Assembly (NCBI RefSeq): GCF_006345805.1
Contig: NW_021830031.1
Coordinates: forward strand, 124,001-188,000
Length of the DNA: 64,000 nt
Origin: Octopus sinensis
Lineage: Eukaryota
Direction: 5' to 3'
The notes below the pieces were generated by a model. That model had not been told where the DNA came from and searched no databases. It saw only the letters and a list, made by a program, of their open reading frames with translations. Below, in pieces: positions 12,395 to 25,289 of this stretch (the first letter of the stretch is position 1; each line of letters begins with the position of its first letter). The position numbers and the translations under genes are program-made.

Positions 12395-13225
12395 ATTCGA
12401 GGCAGCAATCTGGCAGAATTATTAGCACACTGGGAAAAATGCCTAGCAAACATTTCATCCACCTTTTCTGAGTTCAAATTCCACCAAGGTCGACTTTGCC
12501 TTTCATCCTTTTGGGGCCAATAAATTAAGTACCAGTTGCATACTGGGGTTGATCTAATCAACTGGCCCCCTCCCCCAAAATTTCAGGCCTTGTGCCTAGA
12601 GTAGAAAAAGATCATTAGCATGGTGAGAAAAATGCTTAGCAGCATTCCATCCATCCTTACGTTCTGAGTTCAAATTCCGCTGGGGTCGACTTTGCTTTTC
12701 ATCCTTTTGGGGGGTCAATAAATTAAGTACCAGTTGCATACTGGGGTTGATCTAATTGACTGCCCCAAAATTTCGGGCCTTGTGCCTAGAGTAGAAAAGA
12801 ATCATTAGCATGGTGAGCAAAATGCTTAGCGGCACTTCATCCATCTTTACTTCTGGGTTCAAATTCTATCAAGGTCAACTTTACCTTTCTTCATTTAGGG
12901 GTCAATAAAATAGGTATTAGTTGAGCATCAGGGATCAATTTAATCTACTTACCTCACCTCTGAAATTGCTGGCTCAGTACCAACATTTGAAACTTATTAT
13001 TATTATTATTATTTAAGGCAGTGAGCTGGCAGAATCGTTAGCATGCTTGGCGAAATGCTTTGTGCTATTTGATTCCATCTTCACGTTCTGAGTTCAAATT
13101 CCGTCGGAGTCGACTTTGCCATTCATTCTTTTGTGGTCGATAAATTAAGTACCAGTGAAACACTGGGGTCGATGTAATTGACTAACCCCCTCCCTGCAAA
13201 CTTTAGGCCTTGTGCTTTTAGTAGA
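12395..13225 (+). mobile_element. Head-to-tail cluster of about 4-5 SINE family B copies
   Basis: Repeated CTGGCAGAAT..TTAGCA...TTCTGAGTTCAAATTCC...GTCGACTTTGCCTTTCATCC...AATTAAGTACCAG modules. Confidence 0.85.
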
Positions 13226-13244
13226 AAGGATTATTATTATTATT

Positions 13245-13455
13245 GTCTTTGCACAGCTTCTAACGCTGGAGATGTACTACAGTGTCAGCCGTTCACTACC
13301 AGTGAATGAAGGTAACACCTCTTATTTTTCGAGCACCTTCCGGAGTATTTGAGCAGTTCCAAGCAGTGCTGTTTTCTGCAAGTACTCCACCTTTATTGCA
13401 GCCCCTATTTGTTCCACATATCTCTCAAGATTTTTGCTCACTGTTCCCAGGGCTC
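13245..13455 (-). mobile_element. 3' end of an R4/Dong-clade (REL endonuclease) non-LTR retrotransposon
   Basis: Minus-strand frame ALGTVSKNLERYVEQIGAAIKVEYLQKTALLGTAQILRKVLEK*, then 3' UTR and (TAA)n; LGT...QKxALLGTAxILRxxL is the typical R4/Dong C-terminus. Confidence 0.85.
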
Positions 13456-13457
13456 TA

Positions 13458-13527
<70 letters not shown>

Positions 13528-13581
13528 TATCATTATTATTATCATTATTATTATCATCATTATTATTATTATTATTATTAT

Positions 13582-13790
13582 TCAGTAGTTTTATTTTTAT
13601 AGCGTGCTTTCACTTCACTACCGAGCACAGCTCTGTGTGCCTTGGGTATGTGCTGTGATTTGTTGTGATGCTCTGATGGTTATTGTATGGAAAGTGTTCT
13701 GCGTAGGATGTGTGCAGTGCCTAGTAGTGCAATTTTCTGTATGTTATATGTGTTTGTAAGTCCTGGTGTTTTTGTTATGTATTTGTCTGA
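13582..13790 (-). mobile_element. 3' end of a second, distinct R4/Dong-like retrotransposon
   Basis: Minus-strand frame SDKYITKTPGLTNTYNIQKIALLGTAHILRRTLSIQ*; a different 3' UTR; (TAA)n on both sides. Confidence 0.82.
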
Positions 13791-13845
13791 TTATTATTAT
13801 TATTATTATTATTATTGTTATTATTATTATTATTATTAATATTAC

Positions 13846-13899
<54 letters not shown>

Positions 13900-13924
13900 T
13901 ATTATCATTATTATTATTATTATT

Positions 13925-14015
13925 CTATGTTTGACTTTTGCTTTATGTCTGTACAAGTTGGCTCCAAGTCTCACCCAGAGACCTCAAGAGACAACAGGTT
14001 GGAAGTTATTCACCC
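13925..14015 (-). mobile_element. Probable third R4/Dong-like 3' UTR fragment
   Basis: Short unique segment (GTCTCTTGAGGTCTCTGGGTGAGACTTGG...) embedded in (TAA)n on both sides; no diagnostic coding motif. Confidence 0.45.
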
Positions 14016-14064
14016 ATTATTATTATTATTATCATTATTATTAATATTACTATTATTATTATTA

Positions 14065-14095
<31 letters not shown>

Positions 14096-15139
14096 CATTA
14101 TTATTATTTGTTTTTGCTGGTTAAGCAAGAGAAACTCATCCAGAATGTTAAATATATTAAAATTAGTCTTCCCCGTTTTGGCAAAAGAATTCCTATCTCT
14201 GGTTTTATGCTTAGTAAAAGTAGGACTGCAGCTAAAAGCTGGAATTATCAAAAGAACTTGGCAGTCAAAGAACAGTAGGAAGAACAATCCGATATATCTG
14301 ATGCTATTACTCATTGCTGTTGATATTATTTAGATGTAGGTCAGCTCCGGTTGAGCAGGATCAATGGTCAATGAATATTCACCCATTTATGAATACTGCA
14401 GTAAAGACAGAAGAACATGGAACAGTAGCCAAAATTAAAAGACATGATTTATCAGAAGCTAAATTGTGTAGAGCCGTGGTTACTCTAAAAAAATAAAAGG
14501 AACAAAGGTTCTTCTTGAACCATTGGATCATATGACCAGTTCCCTGGATTCTGTGGCAGAAATATTCCTCAAGTTGATGAAAGGCAAAGCTGACTTCAGT
14601 GGAATTTGAACTCAGAACATAAAGATGGGCAAAATGCTGGTGAGTATACCATACAGCCAGCTCGCAGTCTTGTTAATGATAACAAAAATAATGATTTCAA
14701 ATTTTGGCACAAGGCCTGCAATTTCGGAGGAGACAGTCACATTTCCTTCAAGTCTATGGCAAAGATAATAACATGATCTTGGCTTTTCTGAATAAAGGAA
14801 TAAGACAGGATGGTCACAATTGGAATGTCTGTTTGATTGGCATTGAATGGGGGGGGCTAACAATAATAATTATTATTTCAAATTCTGCCATAAGGAGAGG
14901 GATAGTCAGTTACATCAACTCTTAGTCCTCAACTTGATGAAAGGACGAAAGGCAAAATTGGCCTTGATGGAATTTGAACTCAAAACGTAAAGAGAGGCAA
15001 AATGTCACAAAGCATTTTGCCCATTGAGCTAACAATTCTGCCAGCTCACCACCTTAATAATAATAATAATGATGATGATGATGATGATGATGATGACGAC
15101 GACGACGGCGACAATGATGAGGAGGATAATAATAATAAT

Positions 15140-15935
15140 AATCTTTTCTACTCTAGGCACAAGGCCCGTAATTTTTGGGAAAGGGACCAGTTGATTAAAT
15201 TGACCCCCCAGAATGCCACTGGTACTCAATTTATTGACCCTGAAAGGATGAAAGGCAAAGTCGACCTTGGAGGAATTTGAACTCAGAATGTAAAGATGAA
15301 ATACTGCTAAGCATTTCGCCCAGCGTGCTAACGTTTCGTATTTCTTTATTGCCCACAAGGGGCTAAACATAGAGGGGACAAACAAGGACAGACAAAGGGA
15401 TTAATTTGATAACATCAACCCAGTGCATAACTGGTATTTAATTTATCGACTCCAAAAGAATGAAAGGAAAAGTCGACCTTGATAGAATTTGAACTCAGAA
15501 TGTAAAGACAGATGAAATACTGCTAGGCATTTCGCCTGGTGTGCTAACCTTTCTGCCAGCTTGCCTCCTTTCTACCAAAAGCACAAAGCCTGAAATTTGG
15601 GCGGAGGAAACTTGTTGATTACATCGACCCCAGTGCATAACTGGTACATATTTCATCACCCCCAAAAGTTGCAAGACAAATTCACACTCGGTGGAATTTG
15701 AACTCAGAACATTACGATGGACAAAATGCCATGAAGTATTTTACCTGGAGTGCTAACGATTTTGCCAGCCCTTCGCTTTAATTATAATGGCTATAATAAT
15801 ATTTATTATTATTTCTATTCTGGGCACAAGGCCTTGATAATTTTGTGGGGAAGGGGGCTAGTCGATTTCATCAACCCCAGTGCCTAACTGGTACCATTAA
15901 GCATTTTTCCCTGCATGCTAACGATTCTGCCAGCT
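15140..15935 (-). mobile_element. Cluster of 3-4 SINE B copies
   Basis: Repeated GGATGAAAGGCAAAGTCGACC...GAATTTGAACTCAGAA...GCTAACG..TCTGCCAGC. Confidence 0.85.
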
Positions 15936-15942
15936 CGCTATC

Positions 15943-15996
<54 letters not shown>

Positions 15997-16622
15997 TAGT
16001 TATGATAATGGTTTCAAATTTTGGCACAAAGCTTGATATTTTGAGGGGAGAGGACAAGTCAACTATTTCAGTCCCAATTACTTGTGTTGTACTCTATTTA
16101 CTAACCCTAAAAGGATAAAAAGCAAAGATGACTGTGACAAGAGTTGGAAGAAATGATGTTAAACATTCTGTCGGATGTTCTAACGATTGTATGAGCTTGT
16201 TGGCTTCTTAATGGTTCCTGATTTGGGCAAAGGCCAATAATTTAAAAGGGAATAGGGTTAGTCAATGCCACCGACCCAGTACATGACTTATGCATTATCT
16301 TATCGACCCTGCAATGAAGAAAGGCTAAGTACATACATACACGCTTGCACACACATGCACACAAGCATGCACATATGTACTAATGCGCATACACACAGAT
16401 ACAGACACTCATGCATGTATGTAGGTGCATAAGTATGTATGTGCATACATGGACACTCGTGTGTGTGTGTATATGTATGATTTGTGTGTGTCTGTGTATA
16501 TGTATGAATAAACATACACATGATTATACATATATATTCATGTGTGTGTATGTGTAGATATATATATATATATATGAGTATATGCTGATGTATATGTACA
16601 CACACATGTATATATATATATA

Positions 16623-16990
16623 GGCACAGGAGTGGCTGTGTGGTAAGTAGCTTGCTTACCAACCACATGGTTCTGGGTTCAGTCCCACTGCATGGCACCT
16701 TGGGTAAGTGTCTTCTATTATAGCATTGGGCCAGCCAAAGCCTTGTGAGTGGATTTGGTAGACGGAAACTGAAAGAAGCCTGTCGTATATATGTATATAT
16801 GTGTGTGTGTGTGTGTGTGCATATATATGTGTGTGTGTGTCTGGTTTGTCCCCCTACCATTGCTTGACAATTGATGTTGGTGTGTTTGCATCCCCATAAC
16901 TTATTAGTTTGGCAAAAAAAACCGAACAAGTACTAGCTTACAAAGAATAAGTCTTGAGGTCGACTTGCTTGACTGAAAGAAATAAAAGAA
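16623..16990 (+). mobile_element. SINE A, near full length
   Basis: Matches the other family A copies. Confidence 0.85.
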
Positions 16991-17014
16991 TATACATATA
17001 TATATCATCATCAT

Positions 17015-17420
17015 CATCATCATTTAACATTCGCTTTCCATGCTGGCATGGGTTGGACGATTTGTTTTAGGATAGGCGAACCAGATGGCTGCATTAGGAT
17101 CCAATCTGATCTGGCAAAGTTTCTACAGCTGGATGCCCTTCCTAATGCCAACCAAGAGTGTAGTGGGTGCTTTTACGTGCCACCAGCATGAGGGCCAGTC
17201 AGGCGGTACTGGCAATGGCCATGCTCAAATGATTTTTTTTACATGCCACCTACACAGGAGCCAGTCCAGCAGCAGTGGCAACAACCTCTCTTGAATATTT
17301 TTCACGTGCCACTGACACATGTGGCAGTAAGGCGACGGTGGTAATGATCATGCACTTAGTGCTCCACTAGCATGGATACCAGTTATCGAATTTGATTTCG
17401 ATTTCACTTGCTTCAATAGG
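17015..17420 (-). mobile_element. SINE family C with RTE-type (GAT)n tail
   Basis: CATCATCATTTAACATTCGCTTTCCATGCTGGCATGGGTTGGACG...GGATGCCCTTCCTAATGCCAACC; more than 15 copies in the window, in both orientations. Confidence 0.8.
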
Positions 17421-17439
17421 TCTTCACAAGCAGAGTTTA

Positions 17440-17543
<104 letters not shown>

Positions 17544-17587
17544 GTATATATATATTATATATATATATATATGTATATATCTACATA

Positions 17588-17990
17588 GGCGTAGGAGTGG
17601 CTGTGTGGTAAGTAGCTTGCTTACTGACCACATGGTTCAGGGTTCAGTCCCACTGCATGGCACCTTGGTCAAGTGTCTTCTACTATAGCCTCAGGCCGCC
17701 CAAAGCCTTGTGAGTGGATTTGGTAGACGGAAACTGAAAGAAGCCCGTCGTATATATATATATGTATGTGTATGTATATGTTTGTGTGCCTGTGTTTGTC
17801 CTCCCAACATCACTTGACAACCGACGCTGGTGTGTTTACGTCCCCGTAACTTAGCGGTTCGCCAAAAGAGACTGATAGAATAAGTACTAGGCTTACAAAG
17901 AATAAGTCCTGGAGTCGATTTGCTCAACTAAAGGTGGTGTTCCAGCATGGCCACAGCCAAATGACTGAAACAAGTAAAAGAGTAAAAGAG
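17588..17990 (+). mobile_element. SINE A, full length
   Basis: GGCGTAGGAGTGGCTGTGTGGTAAG ... GACTGAAACAAGTAAAAGAGTAAAAGAG. Confidence 0.88.
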
Positions 17991-18069
17991 TACATATATA
18001 TATAGAGAGAGAGTTGTGGCTCTCCAGTGGAAACTAGTAGAAAAGAAATATAAAAGTAAAGTGTATATA

Positions 18070-18954
18070 CAGGGGGTGTTAATAAACTATACAAAAATTG
18101 CGCAAAAATGAAAACAACACTGACAAATTGTTTTAACAGATATATTTACCAAAACTACATAAGGTTATCTTGAAATGTTAAAGAGTAAATTTATTCAATA
18201 AAATTGCTATTGGCTTCAACCGCAGCCTCCAGACGACTTCAGATCTGCAAATCTTCTGGACGGTCTCCTTGTTTAAGTTGGTAAATGCTGCCATGATCCT
18301 TGCCTTCAGTTCATCTTTGCTGTTACAAGGAGTTTTGTTGGTCTCTCATTCAACTGCGCCCCACACATAATAATCAAGCGGGTTGCAGTTTGGGGAGTTG
18401 GGTGACCAGATGTTAGGGGTGATGTGGTTGCAGAAATTGTCTGACAGCCACGACTGAGTTCTTCTGTTTGTGTGGCATGGTGCAGAGTCCTGTTGCCAGA
18501 CATAGGGTCTTCCAGCAGCCACCCTTTTGACCCAGGGCAGCACTACCTCCTCCAGGTACTTGATGCAGGCCTCCGTGTTGAGTGTGAGGCCATGTAGGAA
18601 GATAAATGGAGGCATAACATCGTCATCACTAGTGATCACTCCAAACACCATTAAGTTGACTGGATGTTTGATTTTTATCACTCTTGGTACATGTCCTCAG
18701 ATTGCACTGTCCTCAGACTGACACCCAAACACTCTGAAATGTTCTTATTGGAGCTTCTGGCACGAATGCCAAGCAGTACAATACGCCGTTTCCAAATTTC
18801 TGGTGGAGTGAATTGCGTCATGGTGCTGCTTTTTTCTCACAGAGAGTGCCCAACTGCCCCTACCATACTGTGTAGTCAACAAAATCAAAAACAATCTATG
18901 TGCACGGGCAAAATAATATGTATATAATGGCAGCAATTTATCCATCACACCCTG
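18070..18954 (-). mobile_element. Internally deleted Tc1/mariner element, maT (DD37D) family
   Basis: TA-flanked degenerate TIRs CAGGG(G/T)GTG; minus-strand HTH remnant from ATG 18821 (MTQFTPPEIWKRRIVLLGIRARSSNKNISECLGVSLRTVQ) fused to KHPVNLMVFGVITSD...QQDSAPCH...NPLDYYVWG, with 37 residues between the last two Asp. Confidence 0.9.
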
Positions 18955-19205
18955 TATAAAGAGATACATACATACATGTATATCTGTTTGTTCATCTATC
19001 TATCTATCTATTGATCAATCGATCTGTATGCCTGTCTGTCTGTCTATTACTTATATGGATTTTCATGCATGAATACAAGACACACCTAAGATATATAAGA
19101 CAAATACATAAATGAATGCAAATATATTATAAACACTGGGGAATGTCTATAAATATACATATATATAATAATATATTTCTATGTATATAAATATGCACAT
19201 ATATA

Positions 19206-19249
<44 letters not shown>

Positions 19250-19272
19250 GTGTGTGTGTTTATCATCATCGT

Positions 19273-19316
<44 letters not shown>

Positions 19317-19324
19317 TAAATATA

Positions 19325-19389
<65 letters not shown>

Positions 19390-19400
19390 GTATACATACA

Positions 19401-19932
19401 CTCATGCACACATGCACTTTGCATGGAAACAACCATTAACACCAGCTGCCAACATAACAAGAGCGATATATATTCTGGTTTAGCGTGCTGACAGTGGTCT
19501 GAAGATGCCAAGAAAATCCTAGGATCTGTTACTGCATACAAATGTATGATAATATTCGACGCCTACGGACTGGGGAAAGTCCTCTGTCTTTGCCATGGAA
19601 AAAGAGCAGATCTTCTTCAAAGAGAACCCCCTCCTCCTTCTCGTCTTCTTCTTCTTCTTCTCTCCTTCTCCTCCTTGTCCACCCACGCGTTGCTGGGTCT
19701 GCTACATAAATTCATCGGAAATAACCCTGTACTTCTCCAGCTCCTCCTCCTCCTCCCCTTCTCCTTCTTCTTCCTCCTTCTCAGCCTCCTCCCCTTCCTC
19801 GTGCTCATCAGCCCCCTCCCCCATTTCCTATTCCAACCGTTCTCTGTTGAGTCTACTACTTTACCACATGTGACATGTAAACATATATGTGTGTGTGTGT
19901 GTAAATATAAATATATTTATATATATATATAC

Positions 19933-19965
<33 letters not shown>

Positions 19966-20486
19966 CATACATACACACACACATATATATATATATATAA
20001 TATATATACATAGACTCATGCACACATGCACTTTGCATGGAAACAACCATTAACACCAGCTGCCAACATAACAAGAGCGATATATATTCTGGTTTAGCGT
20101 GCTGACAGTGGTCTGAAGATGCCAAGAAAATCCTAGGATCTGTTACTGCATACAAATGTATGATAATATTCGACGCCTACGGACTGGGGAAAGTCCTCTG
20201 TCTTTGCCATGGAAAAAGAGCAGATCTTCTTCAAAGAGAACCCCCTCCTCCTTCTCGTCTTCTTCTTCTTCTTCTCTCCTTCTCCTCCTTGTCCACCCAC
20301 GCGTTGCTGGGTCTGCTACATAAATTCATCGGAAATAACCCTGTACTTCTCCAGCTCCTCGTCCTCCTCCTCTTCTCCTTCTCAGCCTCCTCCCCTTCCT
20401 CGTGCTCATCAGCCCCCTTCCCATTGCCTACTCCAACCTTTCTCTGTTGAGTCTACTACTTTACCACATGTGACATGTAAACATAT
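19401..20486. repeat. Tandem duplication, period 614 bp
   Basis: CTCATGCACACATGCACTTTG at 19401 and 20015; the copies differ by substitutions and indels in the CCT/CTT-rich part; the junction is in (TA)/(CA)n. Confidence 0.93.
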
Positions 20487-20589
20487 ACGTGTGTATGTGT
20501 GTGTGTGTGTGTGTGCGTGTGTATGTTTGTGTGTGTGTGTAATATATAGTTATATAGTGGAAGCACAGGTATCAGAAGACAACAAACAG

Positions 20590-20689
20590 TGTATATATAT
20601 GTATATATATATATATTTATATTTCTTTTATTGCACATATCTACACACACTTATACATACATATACATACACACGTATAACAATACATA

Positions 20690-20739
<50 letters not shown>

Positions 20740-21090
20740 GTATATATATATATATATATATTATATTATATATATACATACATACATATATATATATATA
20801 TACATATACATATATGTATGTGTATATATATATATATATATATACAAACACATATATGTGAGTGTGTGTGTATATACTTACATACACATACAATATATAA
20901 TGTATATATATATACATAGTAATACATACATACATATAAATATATATGCATATGCATACATATATACATATATATATATATGTGTGTGTGTGTGTATGAT
21001 ATATGTGTATGTGTATGTGTATGATATATGTGTATGTGTATGATATAATATGTGTGTGTATGTGTATGATATATGTGTATGTGTCATGTG
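20590..21090. repeat. (TA)n/(TG)n microsatellite field
   Basis: Directly visible. Confidence 0.95.
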
Positions 21091-21368
21091 TACATCTCTC
21101 TCTCTCTTGCTCTGTGCATACACACACACACACACGTACACACAATGCTAAAAGTGCCTGTTGCTGCATGTGTTCCAGCTACATCTCACCCAGCATCACT
21201 TCTCATTCCACCCCCAACCCCCAACCCCACACTCTCACCGCCACCGCCATATCCCAGACACTTTCAGATATTCTGCTGCCACTGTTCTTCAATAATGGTT
21301 ACGTAGAACCACCGCTCTCCTGGTGGTTGATGTATTAGCATGATTCTTTACGTGTCTGTATGTGTGTG

Positions 21369-21415
<47 letters not shown>

Positions 21416-21459
21416 CTGCGTGTATGTCTTAGTGTGTGTTTGTGTATATGTGTGTTTGA

Positions 21460-22003
21460 GGGTGTAAGATGATGAGGTTGCTGCTGCTGCTGTTGTTGAT
21501 GATGATGAGAATGCTGGATATGATGGCAATGGTGGTGGTGGTGGTGGTAGTGGCAGTGGTGATGATAATAATGATGATGAGGATGATGATGATGATGATG
21601 GTGGTGGTTGTGATGGTGGTTGTGATGGTGGTGGTGGTGGTAGTGGTGGTGGTGGTGGTGGTAGTGGTGGTTGTGATGGTGGTGGTTGTAGTGGTGGTTG
21701 TGATGGTGGTGGTTGTAGTGGTGGTGGTGGTTGTGATGGTGGTGGTGGTGGTGATGATGATGATGATGGTGGTGGTTGTGATGTTGGTGGTGGTGGTGAT
21801 GATGATGATGATGGTGGTGGTGGTTGTGATGGTGGTGGTGGTGGTGGTGATGATGATGATGATGATGGTGGTTGTTGTGATGGTGGTGGTGGTGGTAGTG
21901 GTGGTGATGATGATGATGATGATGATGATAATGGTGGTGGTGGTGGTGGTGATGATGATGATGATGATGGTGGTGGTTGTGATGGTGGTGGTGGTAGTGG
22001 TGG

Positions 22004-22052
<49 letters not shown>

Positions 22053-22855
22053 TGTAATGGTAGTGGTGGTGGATGGAATGATAATTGCAGCAACAACTGA
22101 ATACCAATATCAACAGCAGCTACTACAGTTGCAACTGTATCAGCAACAGCAACAACAACAGCAGCAGCAGCAGCAGCAACAACAATAGCAATTACTATTG
22201 CAAAAACAAGGGCACCAACAAAGTGATTCCTGATCAGGAAAATTCGGAAGGTGGCAGTGTCGGCGGCAGCAGCAGCAGTGGTGCTAGTGGTGGTGGTGGT
22301 GGTGATGGTGGTGGTGGTGGTGGTGATGGTGGTGATGGTGGTGGTGGTGGTGGAACAATAAATATATAACAGGAGATAGCAACGAAATTACACCGCAATA
22401 GATAATTCTAATAATGATAATGATGACAATTATGATAATGATGGTAATGATAGTAATGATAGTAATGATAGTAATGATGATGATGATGATGTGATGATGA
22501 TGATGATGATGGTGATGATTATGATGATGATGAAGATGATGGTGATGATTATGATGATGATGGTAGTAGTGGTAGTGGTGGTCGTAGTGATGATGGTGAC
22601 GATGATGCTGATGCCGGTGATGATGGTGATGGTGATGATGATGCCGACAACAACAACGATGACGATGATGATAATGATGATAACGGTGGTTGTGATGATG
22701 TTGGCGACGGTGTTGGTGAGAATGATGGTGATGATCGCGACAATGATTATGATGATGATGGCGATGGTGGTAGCCGAGATGATGATGATCATCATCATGA
22801 TGGGGATGACGATAATCATGATGATGGTTGTGATGATGATGATGGTGTTGCTTAG
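21460..22855. repeat. Long imperfect trinucleotide block (GGT/GAT/GTT, CAG/CAA)
   Basis: Directly visible; gives poly-H/P/V/M/Q ORFs in several frames. Confidence 0.92.
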
Positions 22856-23080
22856 CCCCAAGTGAACCCTTGACCTAACAAACTTACTCTGACAAACATT
22901 TACACAGCTTCTATTCAATTTTTCTTTAATTCCACCCCACCCCCACCCTCACTCTTCAGGAATAGTGTATCAAGGACTATATTTTTTCTAGACATGCAAC
23001 TGTGATTTGAAGAACTGGTTGCTATTTCTAGCAGCTTGGAGGAGGAGGCACCTTCCATAGACTGATGATGATGATGATTA

Positions 23081-23112
<32 letters not shown>

Positions 23113-24382
23113 ATATTGGCATAGTATTGGTGTTGTTGCTGGTGGTGGTAGTGTAAATCCTAATCAATGAGACCAGGGATCATAAAGCATTCCAGCCATG
23201 ACCAACACAATTTTTTTTTTCTGTGCTCTTTCAGGAAGTACATAAAAAAAATATGTCCTTCTTTATTGAAAACGGGTTTTTCATCTAAATTGGGGGTGTG
23301 GGGGTGCTATTTCTAGCTGGTCGAATGCTCACATCGGAAGACAGTCGGTCAAAAACTGAAGCAACCACAGTAACAACCAAACGTAGTAGGAGGATCAGTG
23401 AATGAGGAGTAGCAAGAAGAGATGTTACTATCGGAGTTGCTGGTTAATGGTCACGGCTGGGAGTCCAGAGCTAAGGAGGGGGAGGAAGAGTAATCGTAAA
23501 AAGGGAGTGAGTCAGTCCTAACCTTTTTTCTTTCACACTCTCTGTCTCTCTTATACTCTCTCTCCTTTTCTTGTGTGACGTTTCATAGGAGAACTGAAAC
23601 GAAGGTAAAGGAAGGTGAAAGAGTAGAACGAGGAGGAAGTGGTGGACGGAAAGGAAGGTAAAAGTGAAGGAGGAGGGGGAGGAGAAGGAGGGGACGAGGT
23701 AAAGGAGAGGAAGTTAAAGTGATTACGATGATGATGATGATGATGATGATGATAATGATGATGACTACTATTATGGCTGGAATGACGTGCAGCTACAGAT
23801 AGTTTTATTAAGTAGGAATGGTTAGTGGATATGTCTGGAAAGAAAGAAAAATAAGGAGTTACAGAAGTACAGAAAGAGCGAGAGAGTGAGAGAATGTGAA
23901 GAGAGAGAGAGAGTGAGAAATACGGAGACAGAGACAGAGAGAGGTATGAGAGCTATTGGAGAATGGGAGAGTAATATCTCTTGCTTATGATGATGTAGAA
24001 ATGTGACGTAGAGTTGTGACGTAGTCGTTTAGTTGTGACGTAGTCATTGTTATAGAAGTGGGAGGAAGATAAATAGAAGAAGGAACAGGAGTAGGAGGAG
24101 AAGGAAGATCAGCAGCAGCAGCAACAGAAGAAGTAGAAGAAGAGGAAGAAGAAGAATAAAAGAAGAAGAAGGAAAAGAAGAAGAAGAAGAAGAAGAAGAA
24201 GAAGAAGAAGAAGAAGAAGAAGAATGAGAGAAAATGGTGGTAGTGGAAAAGCTGAAGAGATAGAGTAAAGATGGAGTAAGGTGACAATAACATGCAAAGA
24301 GAAAAACAAAGACAAAAATTGGTGGATTAGTTTATTGAAACAGTAGTCACTGATACTATATTTTAACACAAATCTAAGGTGG

Positions 24383-24790
24383 TAATGTTAGCATGCCGGG
24401 CGAAATGCTTAGTGGTATTTGGTCTGTCTTCATGTTCTGAGTTCAAATTCTGATGAGGTCGACTTTGCCTTTCATCATTTCAGCATCAATAAATTAAGTA
24501 CCAGTTACGCACTGGGTTCGATTTAATTGACTTAATCCGTTTGTCTGTCCTTGTTTGTCCTCTCTGTGTTTAGCCCCTTGTGGGTAGTAAAGAAACAGGT
24601 ATTTCTTCTGTCTTTATGTTCTGAGTTCAAATTCTGCCGAGGTTGACTTTGCCTTTCATCCTTTTGACGTCAATAAATTAAGTACCAGTTACGCACTGGG
24701 TTCGATTTAATCGACTTAACCCCTTTGTCTGTCCTTGTTTGTCCCCTCTATGTCTAGCCCCTTGTGGGCAGTAAAGAAATAAGAAACCTT
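24383..24790 (+). mobile_element. Tandem SINE B pair
   Basis: Tail GTAAAGAAACA runs directly into GGTATTTC... of the next head; the second copy ends GTAAAGAAATAAGAAAC. Confidence 0.85.
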
Positions 24791-25289
24791 AACACAAAGC
24801 TACAAATTCATAAAGGAGTTTGAACTATCTCCATATTTGTACTTATTTGGTAAGAAACAAAAAAATACAGTAGAATTATGTCGCAGAATTATGCATGACG
24901 AGACCCTTTATGGCGCTTCCTAATAGACAGCACTCATCATGGTCACTTATCTGCTTTTCCATGCTTGTATGAGTCTGGAAGAATTTGCTGAGGGAGATAT
25001 TCTACAGTTGGACACTCTCCTTGTTGCCAACCCTCACCTATTTTGAAAACAAGGAAATATATTTTCCCATGGCCAGACAATGATTTTCATGGAAGACTGG
25101 AAACAAGCAACATCGGTTGTTTAATGGTGATGCTTGTTTCCTACCCTCATGTGATGTCAAGACAGGGTACGCAAAATCACCCATGCACGCACGCACACAC
25201 ACACACACACATACACATGCATTCATACATACTGGTTTCAAATTTTTTTCATAAAAAGAAAAAAAATCGGGTTCTTACATCCGGTCTTC

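Noticed and set aside
14110-14500. Possible exon (FRCRSAPVEQDQWSMNIHPF...)
   Set aside because: No homology recognised and no coherent splice partners.
21335-22918. Poly-His/Pro/Val/Met ORFs of 239-253 aa
   Set aside because: Open in several frames on both strands simply because the triplets lack stop codons.
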